Shown here: positions 1 to 11,969 of the stretch, one piece after another
How positions within the stretch are numbered: position 1 is the first letter of the stretch
Layout of the letters: every line of letters starts with the position of its first letter
DNA from: an uncultured Gemmatimonadales bacterium
GTDB lineage: Bacteria; Gemmatimonadota; Gemmatimonadetes; Longimicrobiales; Longimicrobiaceae
Assembly: GCA_963716255.1 (NCBI GenBank)
Contig: OY970303.1
Coordinates: 2,656,001-2,720,000 of the forward strand
DNA: 64,000 nucleotides
Reading direction: 5' to 3'
The notes under the pieces: model-generated
What the model saw: only the letters and a program-made list of their open reading frames with translations
Told to the model about the DNA's origin: nothing
Database searches by the model: none
Program-made: the position numbers and the translations under genes

Positions 1-584
1 TGGCGGGCGTGGTCACCTCGCAGCAGGGCGGCTACCAGTTCACCGGCTCGGTTCCGCTGTACATCCTGGGGAGCGTGGTCGTCTCCAGCGTGGTGCTGGA
101 GCTGGGTCCCGTGCTCACGGCCGTGGTGCTCATCGGCCGGGTGGGGGCGCGCATCACCGCCGAGCTGGGCACCATGCAGGTGTCCGAGCAGATCGACGCG
201 CTCCACTCGCTGGGGCGCGACCCCGTGCGGGTGCTGGCGGCGCCGCGGGTCATCGCGGGCGCGCTGGCCTTTCCCATCCTGGTGGCCATCGCGGACACGG
301 TGGGGATCGTCGCCGGGATGATCGCGGCGCGCTTCACGCTGGGGCTTTCCCCGGAAAGCTTCATGTACGGCGCGCAGCTCTTCTGGCACAACTGGGACCT
401 GTTCTACTCGCTGGCCAAGGGGACCACCTTCGGGCTGGTCATCCCCCTGATCGCCACGCACATGGGGCTGGTCACGCGCGGGGGCGCCGAAGGCGTGGGC
501 CGCGCCACCACCTCGTCGGTGGTGTTCATGCTGCTGGCGGTGCTCTTCCTGGACGCCCTGCTGACGCCCCTGCTGCTCCAGTAG
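1..584 (+). CDS. mlaE: MlaE-family ABC transporter permease (5'-truncated by window edge)
   Basis: ELGPVLTA..GRVGA.ITAELGTMQVSEQIDAL and GGAEGVGRATT motifs; followed by ATPase and MCE genes. Confidence 0.93.
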   Translation, partial: AGVVTSQQGGYQFTGSVPLYILGSVVVSSVVLELGPVLTAVVLIGRVGARITAELGTMQVSEQIDALHSLGRDPVRVLAAPRVIAGALAFPILVAIADTVGIVAGMIAARFTLGLSPESFMYGAQLFWHNWDLFYSLAKGTTFGLVIPLIATHMGLVTRGGAEGVGRATTSSVVFMLLAVLFLDALLTPLLLQ

Positions 585-607
585 GCGGGGCGGGAGAAGA
601 TAGAGAG

Positions 608-1369
608 ATGGTGGAATACCAGGACCTGTACAAGACCTTCGACGCGCCCGTCCTCGCCGGCGTGAACCTGACCATCCCGCAGGGCGAGACCATCGCCGTG
701 GTGGGGCACTCGGGGACCGGCAAGAGCGTGCTGCTCAAGACCACGATCGGCCTGATCGCCCCGGACCGCGGCGACGTGCGCATCGACGGCGAGTCGGTGT
801 TCGGCGCGCGGGGCAAGGAGCTGGAGCGCATCCGCCGCAAGGTGGGCTACGTGTTCCAGAACGCGGCGCTCTTCGATTCCATGAACGTCATGGAGAACGT
901 GTCGCAGGGGATCTCCGAGGCCGAGCTGAAGACGCTGCCGCACGCGGAGCTGGTGCGTCGCGTGGGCGAGGCGCTGGAGCACGTCAACCTGGACCCGGGC
1001 GCCGTGCTCACCAAGCTTCCCTCGGAGCTTTCCGGGGGGATGCGCAAGCGCGTGGGGCTGGCCCGCGCCATCGTGGGCCGCCCGGAGATCCTGCTGTACG
1101 ACGAGCCGGTCACCGGGCTGGACCCGGTGAACGGGACGGTGGTGCACCGCCTGATCGCCCAGCTGGCGGAGGAGATGGGAGTGACCTCGATCATCGTGAC
1201 GCACGACATCGAGGGGGTGCTCCCCATCACGGACCGCATCGCCATGCTCGACAAGGGGAAGATCCGCTTCGTGGGCACCCCCGACGATTTCCGCAACAGC
1301 GACGACATCCTGGTCCGCGCCTTCCTTCACCGGGAGGTCCCGACCGAGGATCTTCTGGAGGTGGTATGA
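608..1369 (+). CDS. mlaF: MlaF-family ABC ATP-binding protein
   Basis: Walker A GHSGTGKS, LSGGMRKRVGLARA, YDEPVTGLDP; operon context. Confidence 0.93.
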   Translation: MVEYQDLYKTFDAPVLAGVNLTIPQGETIAVVGHSGTGKSVLLKTTIGLIAPDRGDVRIDGESVFGARGKELERIRRKVGYVFQNAALFDSMNVMENVSQGISEAELKTLPHAELVRRVGEALEHVNLDPGAVLTKLPSELSGGMRKRVGLARAIVGRPEILLYDEPVTGLDPVNGTVVHRLIAQLAEEMGVTSIIVTHDIEGVLPITDRIAMLDKGKIRFVGTPDDFRNSDDILVRAFLHREVPTEDLLEVV

Positions 1370-2346
1370 TCCAGCAGGCCCGCACCGCCGCTTCGCCGCC
1401 TCCGGCGAAGCGCGGCGGTGGAAACGAACCTTCCCCGACCGTGCCCATGCGCTCTTCGCGACGTGAGATCCAGATCGGCTTCTTCTTCCTCCTCGGCATC
1501 GTGGCGGTGGTGGCCGCACTGCTCATGCTGACCGATCCGGGGACCTTCCGCGGCCGCTACGACATCAGCACCACCGTGGCCGACGCGGGCGGGCTCCGCA
1601 AGGGCGACCCGGTGCAGATGCGCGGCGTGAACGTGGGCCGCGTCCGCGGCTTCCACATCACGCAGAGCGGCGTGACCGTCAACATGGAGATGGAGCGGGA
1701 GTACGAGGTCCCCGCCGATTCGCGCATCTCCATGGAATCCGGCGGCCTGCTGGGCGGGATGATCGTGGAGGTGGTCCCCGGCCGCTCCGGCGAGCGGGTG
1801 AGGGACGGCGCCGAGCTCCCCGGCACCGCCGCGCCCGGGATGTTCGACGTGGCCACCAACGTGGGCACCCGCGCCGACACGGTGCTGGGCCGCGCCCAGG
1901 CGATGCTCGCCCCCGCGACCATCCAGGCGGTGGGCGCCAGCGCGCAGGAGCTCCAGGTGATGCTGACGTCGCTGGCGGGGCTCGCCACCGAGCAGCGCCG
2001 CGAGATCGCGCTCCTTTCCTCCAGCCTGCGCCGCTCGGCCCAGGGGGTGGAGGCGGCCACCACGCGCCCGGAGCTGGTGCGGGCGGTGGCGCGCATGGAC
2101 TCCATCACCATACAGCTGGACCGCAGCACGCAGTCGCTGAACCGCTCCACGGGATCGCTGGAGGCGGTGCTGGGGCGGATGGAGCGCGGCGAGGGAACGC
2201 TGGGCAAGCTTTCCGCCGACGAGACGCTGTACAACAACCTGAACCAGGCCGCCCTCAGCGCGAACCGCACGGCCACCAGCGCCGACTCGCTCATTGCGGA
2301 CATCAAGCGCAACCCGCGGAAGTACATCAACCTGGAGGTCTTCTGA
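1366..2346 (+). CDS. mlaD: MlaD/MCE-domain lipid transport protein
   Basis: N-terminal TM, GLRKGDPVQMRGVNVGRV MCE motif, helical tail ending GEGTLGKL..DIKRNPRKY; ATGA overlap with mlaF (alternative start 1447). Confidence 0.9.
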   Translation: MIQQARTAASPPPAKRGGGNEPSPTVPMRSSRREIQIGFFFLLGIVAVVAALLMLTDPGTFRGRYDISTTVADAGGLRKGDPVQMRGVNVGRVRGFHITQSGVTVNMEMEREYEVPADSRISMESGGLLGGMIVEVVPGRSGERVRDGAELPGTAAPGMFDVATNVGTRADTVLGRAQAMLAPATIQAVGASAQELQVMLTSLAGLATEQRREIALLSSSLRRSAQGVEAATTRPELVRAVARMDSITIQLDRSTQSLNRSTGSLEAVLGRMERGEGTLGKLSADETLYNNLNQAALSANRTATSADSLIADIKRNPRKYINLEVF

Positions 2347-2375
2347 CCCCGGGCTGCGGCCGCGGGACGTGAAGA

Positions 2376-2408
2376 GAGGGGGGCGGATCCGGCGGATCCG
2401 CCCCCCTC
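2376..2408 (+). terminator. GC-rich hairpin after mlaD
   Basis: GAGGGGGGCGGATCC-ggc-GGATCCGCCCCCCTC perfect inverted repeat ~30 nt after the stop. Confidence 0.6.
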
Positions 2409-2661
2409 CTCGTTTCGCTTCATCCCTCGCGCCGGGCTGGTCCGGGGCGTGGGGGTGTCGTTCGTACGGCATCGTGCCGCCAGGCGGTCGGGGTGGGTGT
2501 GCTCTCCGGAAAGGGTCAATGCACACCCCCGCCACCACACCCCCGACTCTTCCCTCCGACCACCCCCACGCCCTCCCTGGGGCCTCCCGGAGTCCGCGGT
2601 TTGCCGTTCTCCCCCTCTCCCGCTTGGGGGGGAGGGGGCCGGGGGGAGGAGGCCTGCCGTC

Positions 2662-2794
2662 GCGTGAGGGATTTCGGCCCGGAGGGGCGAGACCCGGCGC
2701 AGTTTGCCGGGGCTCGACTCCGTTACGCACGGTTGTTTCGTGCGTTACGGAGCCGAAGCCCGACCCCGGCGCCAGCCGGGGGCACGCCCGACCC
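2662..2794 (-). repeat. Family-1 structured intergenic repeat, copy 1
   Basis: Matches consensus GGGCGTGCCCCCGGCTGGCGCCGGGGTCGGGCTTCGGCTCCGTA..AACGGAGTCGAGCCC..GTCTCGCCCCTTCGGGCCGAAATCCCTCACGC read on the minus strand. Confidence 0.95.
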
Positions 2795-2826
2795 CGCAGC
2801 TCATCCCGCGTCCGCCGTCCGCCGCG

Positions 2827-3342
2827 TCAGAACGCGAACCCGATGTTGACCAGGCGGAAGGTGGGGAGGAACTCCAGGAAGTCGATCGTGTTGTCGTCGG
2901 GCTCGCCGATGAGGCGCTTGGCGCCGATCCCCACGCCGACGTAGAAGTTCTGCCGGGCCCCCAGGAGCCAGCTGTAGTTGGCGTCGAAGCCGACCCCGGG
3001 GTAGATGTCGCCGTCGAAGCTGGTGATCCCGGCCTTGACGCCGAACGCGAAGCCGTCCAGCGGCCGGCCCTGCGGGTAATAGCGCCAGAACACGTCCGCG
3101 TTGACGTAGTCGCCGTCGTCCACTCCGAACGTGGAACCGCCGAGGCCCATCGTTGAAAACGGGCTGGCCTTGCGCTCGTACTCCGCGTTGAAGAACTCCA
3201 GCAGCAGCCCCAGCGGGTTGGCCGAGATCACCTGCTGGTAGGGGACGGGCTGCGGCTCCTGCGCCGCAGCGGCCCGGACGGTGCCGAGGGAGGCGAGGGC
3301 GGCGCACGCCGCGGCGGACAGCCACTTCGCGGTGGGGCTCAT
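2827..3342 (-). CDS. Small outer-membrane beta-barrel protein (DUF3575-like)
   Basis: Signal peptide, ISANPLGL motif, alternating beta strands, C-terminal NIGFAF. Confidence 0.7.
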   Translation of the reverse strand: MSPTAKWLSAAACAALASLGTVRAAAAQEPQPVPYQQVISANPLGLLLEFFNAEYERKASPFSTMGLGGSTFGVDDGDYVNADVFWRYYPQGRPLDGFAFGVKAGITSFDGDIYPGVGFDANYSWLLGARQNFYVGVGIGAKRLIGEPDDNTIDFLEFLPTFRLVNIGFAF

Positions 3343-3564
3343 GTACGTTCTCCGGTGTGTATGGGATCGCCGCGCGGGATCTCGCGCGGCGGGTTGGCGC
3401 CCCCGAGCGGGGCAGGAGCGGTGCCGCCCGGGCGCTGGAATGGAAGCCGCTGCGCCGGTGGAGCTTGGCTCCGCGGGCCCGGGGCCGCCCCCCGGCCCGT
3501 CGCACCCGCCGGGGGACGCCGGATGTTCACGCGGGAGGACGGTGTTCGGCGCCGCTGCGTCACC

Positions 3565-4398
3565 CTACCCCACCCAGCGCACTTCCGGCGCAGCCGCGAT
3601 CTCCCCGATCTCCGCGGCAAGCCGGTAGTAGGTCCGCAGCCCCTCGATCATGGGCGCGTCCAGCTCGTACGACAGCCCGCGCCAGTAGTCGTCCAGCATG
3701 GCCGCGTCGAAGCCGAAGTGCGCGGCGTAGCGGCACGCCAGCTCGGTGCGCTTCTCGTGGCCGTAGGCGCGCGACTCCAGCAGCGCCGCGTGCAGCCGGC
3801 GCAGCCCTGCGGTGGCGTCCGTGCCGCCGCCGGCCTGCCACACCGCGAAGGCGAACGGGAGCCCCGTCTGCTCCCACCACTCCGCCCCCAGGTCGAAGCG
3901 GAAGGCACGCTCGGGGTACAGCCCGGGCCGCAGCGCCACGTCGCCGATGAACAGCGCTCCGTCCGCCCCGCCCGCGAAGGGGTCCTCCGACGCCTGGTCG
4001 AACCAGAAGAAGCGCGGGCTCACCCCCCAGCGCACCCGGAGCAGGATCTTGAGCAGCACCACCGAGGTGGCGGACGCCGTGGGCACCGCAACCGCGAGGC
4101 CGTCCAGCTCCGTGGGGTGCCGGCCGGCGAGGAAGAGGATGCTGCGCACCGCGCCGCGCGAGCCGATCACCAGGTCCGGGAGCACCCGGTAGCGGTCGGA
4201 GTGGCGGGCGTACTCGATGCTGGAGCAGGGCGCGACGTCGATCTCGCCGCGGTCCAGGAGGCCGTTGAGGCGCCCGGGGACCCCCTCCGTGATCTCCAGC
4301 CACTCCGGCGCTCCCCGGTCGATGAGCCCCGCGTGTACGGGGAAGCAGTTGCTGTAGACGATGTGCCCCAGCCGGAGCCGTCCGTTCCCGTCCCGCAT
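3565..4398 (-). CDS. mqnA: Chorismate dehydratase, futalosine menaquinone pathway
   Basis: LGHIVYSNCFPV, GAVRSILF, SATSVVLLKIL, LFIGDVAL, DLGAEWWEQTGLPFAFAVW motifs. Confidence 0.88.
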   Translation of the reverse strand: MRDGNGRLRLGHIVYSNCFPVHAGLIDRGAPEWLEITEGVPGRLNGLLDRGEIDVAPCSSIEYARHSDRYRVLPDLVIGSRGAVRSILFLAGRHPTELDGLAVAVPTASATSVVLLKILLRVRWGVSPRFFWFDQASEDPFAGGADGALFIGDVALRPGLYPERAFRFDLGAEWWEQTGLPFAFAVWQAGGGTDATAGLRRLHAALLESRAYGHEKRTELACRYAAHFGFDAAMLDDYWRGLSYELDAPMIEGLRTYYRLAAEIGEIAAAPEVRWVG

Positions 4399-4518
4399 GC
4401 GCGCCCCTTCCGCGTCCGTTCACCGCCAAAGCGAAGTCCCCGGCCGCCTTCCGGGAGCCGGGGACGAAAGCCGCATAAGGGTGCGGCGTGGACGCGCCGC
4501 GCGCAACCCCGCGGCGTC

Positions 4519-6588
4519 TCAGTCGCCCGCCGCCAGGGCGCTGGGGACGAAGGGCGCCTCCCGCACCGCGGCCGGCTTGCGGCCGCGCAGCACCAGCATC
4601 CACTCGCGCAGCGAGGTGGCGATCACCAGCAGCGCCACCGCCATGAACGCCAGCGCCACCGCGGCGTCCAGCCGGTCGTTGAAGAGCATGTGCCGGGCGG
4701 CCTCCACGGTCTGCGCGCCCGGCGGGAGCGTGCCGGCGGACAGGTGCCCCTGCACCATCCGCCCGTGCGCCAGGAAGCCCAGCTTGGGGTCGTCCGCGAA
4801 CACCTTCTGCCACCCGGCGGTGAGCGTCACCGTGGCGAGCCAGGCCAGCGGCGCGACCGTGATCCAGGCGAAGCGCGCCCTGCCCATCTTGATGATCACC
4901 GTGGTGCCCACGCACAGCGCCACGGCGGCCAGCAGCTGGTTGGATATGCCGAAGAGCGGCCACAGTGAGTTGATGCCGCCCAGCGGGTCCACCACGCCCT
5001 GGTAGAGAAAGTACCCCCACCCCAGCACCACCAGCGCGCTGGAAAGCACGATGCTCGGGTACCAGGAGGTGCGCCCCAGCGGCTTCCAGGCGTACCCCAG
5101 GAGCTCCTGGAGCATGAAGCGCCCCACCCGCGTCCCGGTGTCGATGGTGGTGAGGATGAAGAGCGCCTCGAACATGATGGCGAAGTGGTACCAGAGCGCC
5201 AGCAGCGAAGTCCCCCCGAAGAGCCCGGAGAAGATCTGCGCCATCCCCACGGCCAGCGAGGGCGCTCCGCCGGTGCGGGCGAGCAGCGTCTCCTCGCCCA
5301 CCTGGCTGGCGAGCGTCGTCATCTGCTCCGGCGTCACCACGAAGCCCCACCCGGCGATGGTGCGCGTGGCCTGCTCCAGGGTGGATCCCACGACCCCGGC
5401 GGGGGAGTTGATGGCGAAGTACACGCCCGGCTCCAGGATGGAGGCGGCGATGATGGCCATCACCCCCACGAAGCTTTCCATCAGCATGGCCCCGTACCCC
5501 ACCATCCGCGCGTCCCCCTCGCGGCTCAGCATCTTGGGGGTGGTGCCCGAGGCCACCAGCGCGTGGAAGCCGCTGATGGCGCCGCACGCCACGGTGATGA
5601 AGGCGAAGGGGAAGAGCTTGCCGGAGAACACCGGCCCGGTGCCGTCGATGAAGGGGGTCAGCGCCGGCATGCGGATCACCGGCAGCGACACCAGGATCCC
5701 CACGGCCAGCCCAAGCACCGTGCCGATCTTGAGGAAGGTGGACAGGTAGTCGCGCGGGCAGAGCAGCACCCACACCGGGAGCACCGAGGCGACGAACCCG
5801 TACGCCGCCATGAGCCACACCAGCGTGGTCTTTTCCACGGTGAAGACGGCGGCGAGCGCGGGGTTGGCGGCCACCCACCCGCCGGCGACCACCGCGAGCA
5901 GCGTCAGAACCACCCCGATCAGCGAGGTCTCCAGCACCTTGCCGGGGCGGAAGGCGTGCAGCCACCACCCCATCAGCAGCGCGATGGGGATCGTGCAGGC
6001 GATGGTGAAGAGCCCCCACGCGGAGTGGGCGAGCGCGTTGACCACGATCAGCGCCAGCACCGCCAGCAGGATCACCATGATGGCCAGGATGGCGACCATG
6101 GCGGTGAAGCCCGCCGTGGAGTTGATCTCCTCGCGCGCCATCTGCCCCAGCGACTTGCCGTCGCGCCGCATGGAGGCGAACAGGATGACGAAGTCCTGCA
6201 CGGCACCCGCCAGCACCACCCCCACGATCAGCCAGAGCGTCCCCGGCAGGTAGCCGAACTGCGCGGCCAGCACCGGCCCCACCAGCGGCCCCGCCCCGGC
6301 GATGGCGGCGAAGTGGTGCCCGAAGAGCACCCAGCGGTTGGTGGGGACGAAGTCCACGTGGTTGTCCAGCCGCTCGGCCGGCGTGGCGCGGCGGTCGTCC
6401 AGCCCCAGCACGCGCACGGCGATGAACCTGGAATAGAAGCGGTAGCCGACGGTGTAGGTGCAGACGGCGGCGATCACCAGCCAGGCGGCGCTGATGGTTT
6501 CGCCGCGGTGCAGCGCCACGGTGCCGAGCGCCCAGGCGCCCAGGGCGGCGACGGCGGCCCAGAGGAGGAGGGAGAGGGGCTTTCGCAT
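4519..6588 (-). CDS. cstA: Carbon starvation protein A (peptide/pyruvate transporter)
   Basis: VLFGHHFAAIAGAGPLVGPVLAAQFGYLPG, ACGAISGFHAL, LWPLFGISNQLLA; start set at MRKPL. Confidence 0.95.
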   Translation of the reverse strand: MRKPLSLLLWAAVAALGAWALGTVALHRGETISAAWLVIAAVCTYTVGYRFYSRFIAVRVLGLDDRRATPAERLDNHVDFVPTNRWVLFGHHFAAIAGAGPLVGPVLAAQFGYLPGTLWLIVGVVLAGAVQDFVILFASMRRDGKSLGQMAREEINSTAGFTAMVAILAIMVILLAVLALIVVNALAHSAWGLFTIACTIPIALLMGWWLHAFRPGKVLETSLIGVVLTLLAVVAGGWVAANPALAAVFTVEKTTLVWLMAAYGFVASVLPVWVLLCPRDYLSTFLKIGTVLGLAVGILVSLPVIRMPALTPFIDGTGPVFSGKLFPFAFITVACGAISGFHALVASGTTPKMLSREGDARMVGYGAMLMESFVGVMAIIAASILEPGVYFAINSPAGVVGSTLEQATRTIAGWGFVVTPEQMTTLASQVGEETLLARTGGAPSLAVGMAQIFSGLFGGTSLLALWYHFAIMFEALFILTTIDTGTRVGRFMLQELLGYAWKPLGRTSWYPSIVLSSALVVLGWGYFLYQGVVDPLGGINSLWPLFGISNQLLAAVALCVGTTVIIKMGRARFAWITVAPLAWLATVTLTAGWQKVFADDPKLGFLAHGRMVQGHLSAGTLPPGAQTVEAARHMLFNDRLDAAVALAFMAVALLVIATSLREWMLVLRGRKPAAVREAPFVPSALAAGD

Positions 6589-6753
6589 CGTCCCTGCGGG
6601 ATCGTGGAGGACACGGGGAAGAGAGGGGAACGGACGGAGGTGCAATCTGGCGCCGGAACCTGGCGTTTGACAACCGCGGCGGCCCGGCGTACCGTGACCG
6701 CGTCCCCCGTCGCCGCGACGCCGCCTTCCGGCAAACCCCTGCCCTCGCGCCCC

Positions 6754-7091
6754 ATGCCCCAGCAGCCTCCGTCCGCCACGGCCGAGCACGCCCCCGACTG
6801 GGCCGCGGTGGAGCGCGACCCGGAGTTCCTCCGCCTCAAGGCGGAGAAGCGGCGGTTCATCCTCCCCGCCACGCTGTTCTTCATCGCCTACTACTTCGCG
6901 CTCCCGGTGCTGGTGGGCTACTTCCCGGAGGCGATGGGGCGCGACGTGTTCGGGGAGGTGAACCTGGCCTACCTGTTCGCGCTCTCGCAGTTCTTCATGG
7001 CGTGGGGGCTGATGTGGCTGTACGTGCGGCGCGCGCGCGGGTTCGACGCCATGGCGGAGCGCCTCGCCGGCCGGATCGCGGGAGGGGCGCG

Positions 7092-7095
<4 letters not shown>
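6754..7095 (+). CDS. DUF485 (YjcH-like) small membrane protein
   Basis: PEFLRLKAEKRRFILPATLFF..YVRRARGFD; two TM helices; ATGA-coupled to the SSS permease. Confidence 0.88.
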
Positions 7096-8723
<1,628 letters not shown>

Positions 8724-8841
8724 GGCAGGAGGTGCCGGGACCCCGCTCCCCGGCGGAGCGGGGCCCTGCAGCCGCACGCGTGACGTGCGTCCCGAAGGTT
8801 CGAGTCCGGAGCGGTGGTCCGGCTCGCCGGCGGGTACCCGT

Positions 8842-9933
8842 TCAGCGGAGCCCGAAGCGGAGTGGTGCCTTCAGCCCGAGAAAGATGTTCAGCGTCCAGT
8901 GCTCTTCCGCGTGGGATTGGTATCCGGGACTGATTCCCCCGACGAGTGCACCGTCGGCATTCGCGAGGAAGTAGATCGGAAGCCGCGCTTCCAGACTCGT
9001 TTCCTCAAGGTCGACTTCGACGCTCGGGTTGAGGCCTACGCGTGCGTTCCGGCCGAAGAAGCCCCGCAGCTGGACGTCGGCGGTCCATGCACGCGTTTCC
9101 GCGGGTGATCCGAGAGCACCGCTACGACAGCGGATCGCGCCGGCCGTCCCGACGGGGACGCAGATCTCCGCCTTCGGCTGCGCTTCGTGTTCTAGCTTGT
9201 AGTGGACCCCACCGCTCCATAGCATCCCACCCATGTAGCGGCCCAGGTCGGCGCCGACCGCCCACGCGTACTCGTCCTGTGAGCCGGGCGCGAAGGTGGT
9301 CGCGTCCAGAAACTGGAAGACGGTTCGCCCCAGACTCCCGTTCACGTCGAAGATCCACGGTTCGGTCCACCCGGTCTCCAGCAGGTATCTCCCGTACAGC
9401 TCATCGGACATGGATTGCTCCAGCTGGTCCGGCGAGACCCTCCCACAGGTGATCCCCTTCAGCGTCTCCGTGTCACCCCGGGCACGCGCGTCCCTCTGAA
9501 CGTTCCGACACCATCTCAGCATGGAATCGGGTGCGACCGCACGGAGACGCCAGCGCGTGCCCGTCAAGCTGAGTGTCACGGTCGTTCCACTGCTCAGGCC
9601 CGCATGTCCCCCGAACGAGACCGGGGCATCGCCCTCCGCGAGAGGAGTCGATGCTTCGAGCTTCGCCGTCACGTTCGGCCAACCCACTCCCGTGAGATGC
9701 CACCCCCCGGATACGGTTGCTCTGCTGTTTGCCTCTTCGACCTCGAGGAACCCTGTCGGCACGGTACCGAGGAGAGCGCTCCGCGGCGGGCGGACCGACA
9801 GGATCGAGTCCGTTTGTTCGGACTGGATCCGTTCCCTACGTGTCCTGCCGTCTTCCTGCGCCTGGAGAGAGGGACCAAGCAAGCCCAGGGCAACCAGGCC
9901 CAGCGCACAGACGGAGATACGGAGCTTTCGCAT
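8842..9933 (-). CDS. Hypothetical secreted/outer-membrane protein
   Basis: Signal peptide MRKLRISVCALGLVALGLLGPSLQA; beta-strand-rich C-terminus; atypical codon usage. Confidence 0.6.
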   Translation of the reverse strand: MRKLRISVCALGLVALGLLGPSLQAQEDGRTRRERIQSEQTDSILSVRPPRSALLGTVPTGFLEVEEANSRATVSGGWHLTGVGWPNVTAKLEASTPLAEGDAPVSFGGHAGLSSGTTVTLSLTGTRWRLRAVAPDSMLRWCRNVQRDARARGDTETLKGITCGRVSPDQLEQSMSDELYGRYLLETGWTEPWIFDVNGSLGRTVFQFLDATTFAPGSQDEYAWAVGADLGRYMGGMLWSGGVHYKLEHEAQPKAEICVPVGTAGAIRCRSGALGSPAETRAWTADVQLRGFFGRNARVGLNPSVEVDLEETSLEARLPIYFLANADGALVGGISPGYQSHAEEHWTLNIFLGLKAPLRFGLR

Positions 9934-9955
9934 GAGTTTGCCAGGAGGTGGAGGT

Positions 9956-10330
9956 TTATACATCGAACGGGCCGAAGGGTACGTGCACCCGCCCATCCGA
10001 GTCGGACTTGAATCCGGGATCCGGGACGACAGACTGGGGCGGAGCCGTGATGGCGAACGCGAACTTCTGCTTCGGCTGCTCGGTACGCCCGTGAAGCCCC
10101 AGAACGTAGGAACCTGGCCTTACTTTGGCCTTGGCCTGTGTGCCGTTGGGGAACAGCTCGCCGATCTGCTTCTCGTTGCCGAGTTGCTGGAGACGAAGGA
10201 TCCCCGGCTTCGGGCTGAAGGTGATCACCAGCTCCTGGGCATCGGCGCCGGTGTAGTCCTTCCAACGCCCGATCTCCAGCTTTTTGAACGAACTCAAGCT
10301 GTCAACTGCGTCCTGGAGGAACTTGAACAT
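9956..10330 (-). CDS. Hypothetical protein
   Basis: 124-aa ORF with protein-like composition, co-oriented with the downstream gene. Confidence 0.5.
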   Translation of the reverse strand: MFKFLQDAVDSLSSFKKLEIGRWKDYTGADAQELVITFSPKPGILRLQQLGNEKQIGELFPNGTQAKAKVRPGSYVLGLHGRTEQPKQKFAFAITAPPQSVVPDPGFKSDSDGRVHVPFGPFDV

Positions 10331-10559
10331 GGCTGTCCGGTTGAAGAGGGTGGATGGAGACGCGGCTATGCGGCCGAAGGAACCATGTATCGGATAGAGG
10401 CGCCTAGGAGGCGGATTCGGCCATGCCGTTACGGTTTAGAGGGACTCGATCGTCTTTTTTCCCCAGCTGGTCCGTGAACGATTCTCGCGCCGGGAATGCG
10501 GGTTGCGTGGGTGACGCACGCAGCCACGAAGGTGGCTCACCTCCCCACCAGAGAGCGCA

Positions 10560-11237
10560 ATGAGACTCCAGATCCCCGCATCCTGGCAGGCCGTCGTCGG
10601 TGACGAGACGGCAAAGCCGTACTTCGCGAAGCTGCGCGAGTTCGTCGAGGAGGAGCGGAGGACGCACACGGTCTATCCGCCGGAGGGGGAGGAGTTCACG
10701 GCGCTGGAGCTGACGCCGTACGAGGACGTGCGCGTGGTGATCCTGGGCCAGGACCCGTACCACGGCCCGGGCCAGGCGCACGGCCTCGCCTTCTCGGTGC
10801 GGCCGGGGGTGCGCCCGCCGCCGTCGCTCCGCAACATCTTCAAGGAGCTGCGCGACGACCTGGGCTGCCGCATTCCCGACAACGGCTTCCTGGTTCCCTG
10901 GGCGGAGCAGGGCGTGCTGCTGCTCAACACCGTGCTGACGGTGCGCGAGGCCGAGCCCAACTCGCACAAGGGCAGGGGGTGGGAAACGTTCACGGACGCG
11001 GTCATCCGCACGGTGGGCCACAAGGAGGACCCCACCGTGTTCGTGCTCTGGGGGGCGAACGCGCAGAAGAAGACCGAGCTGATCGACACGGGGCGGCACA
11101 CCATCGTCCAGTCGGTGCACCCGTCGCCGCTCTCCGCGAAGCGGGGGTTCCTGGGAAGCCGGCCGTTCTCCAGGGTCAACGCGGCGCTGCGCGAGGCGGG
11201 AAGGCCGGAGATCGACTGGCAGATCCCCGACCTCTGA
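10560..11237 (+). CDS. ung: Uracil-DNA glycosylase family 1
   Basis: ILGQDPYH, PPSLRNI, QGVLLLNTVLTV, HPSPLS catalytic motifs. Confidence 0.97.
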   Translation: MRLQIPASWQAVVGDETAKPYFAKLREFVEEERRTHTVYPPEGEEFTALELTPYEDVRVVILGQDPYHGPGQAHGLAFSVRPGVRPPPSLRNIFKELRDDLGCRIPDNGFLVPWAEQGVLLLNTVLTVREAEPNSHKGRGWETFTDAVIRTVGHKEDPTVFVLWGANAQKKTELIDTGRHTIVQSVHPSPLSAKRGFLGSRPFSRVNAALREAGRPEIDWQIPDL

Positions 11238-11257
11238 TCGCGAGATGCCGGTCCGGA

Positions 11258-11299
11258 AACGACGAGGGGGAGGCCGTCACTGGCCTCCCCCTCGTCGTT
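11258..11299. terminator. Hairpin between convergent genes (probable bidirectional terminator)
   Basis: AACGACGAGGGGGAGGCC-gtcact-GGCCTCCCCCTCGTCGTT. Confidence 0.7.
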
Positions 11300-11303
11300 C
11301 GTG

Positions 11304-11969
11304 TCACGCCAGCCGCGCCCGCTCCTCCTCCGGGACGGGATCCAGCAGCCGCGTCCGCCCCTCCTCCACCCACAGCAGGCGGTCGGCGGAGCGCGCGAAG
11401 GGCGCCGTCTCGTGCGTGGCCACCAGCACGCACCGGCCGGCTGCGCGCAGCCGCTCCACCCAGCCGACGATCAGCTCCCGCGTGGCGCGGTCCATGGACT
11501 CCAGCGGCTCGTCCAGCACCACGGCGCGCGGGTCGCCGATCAGCGCCGCGGCGAGCAGGGCGCGGCGCCGCTGCCCCATGGACAGCTCGCGCACCGAGCG
11601 CCACCGCAGCTCCGCCAGCCCGGTCCGCTCCAGCGCCTCCCCTGCCTCGTCCGGGGGGCGCTTCCGCAGCCGGCAGACCAGCCGCAGCACCTCCTCCACG
11701 CTGGCGTACGGAGTGAAGTCCGGGTACTCCGGCACGTACGCCAGCACCGCGCGGGCGGCGACCTCCTCGCGCCACAGGTCGTGCCCGGCCACCGTGACGA
11801 TGCCGGCATCGGGCCGCTCGATGCCGGCCACCAGGCGCAGGAGCGTGCTCTTTCCCGCCCCGTTGGGCCCAAGCACCAGCGTCAGCCCGGGGCCCAGCTC
11901 CAGCGCCGGGCAGTCCAGCCCGGCGCCGCCCGGGCCGTAGGAGTAGCGGACGCCGCGCAGCGAGATCAC
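11304..11969 (-). CDS. ABC transporter ATP-binding protein
   Basis: GPNGAGKS, LSMGQ, LDEP, H-loop ATH; GTG start overlaps the upstream stop (GTGA). Confidence 0.88.
   Translation of the reverse strand: MISLRGVRYSYGPGGAGLDCPALELGPGLTLVLGPNGAGKSTLLRLVAGIERPDAGIVTVAGHDLWREEVAARAVLAYVPEYPDFTPYASVEEVLRLVCRLRKRPPDEAGEALERTGLAELRWRSVRELSMGQRRRALLAAALIGDPRAVVLDEPLESMDRATRELIVGWVERLRAAGRCVLVATHETAPFARSADRLLWVEEGRTRLLDPVPEEERARLA

Noticed and set aside
8791..8812. GGTTCGAGTCC resembling a tRNA T-loop at the edge of the orphan islet
   Set aside because: Only 2 bp of T-stem can form, and there are no acceptor, D or anticodon arms.
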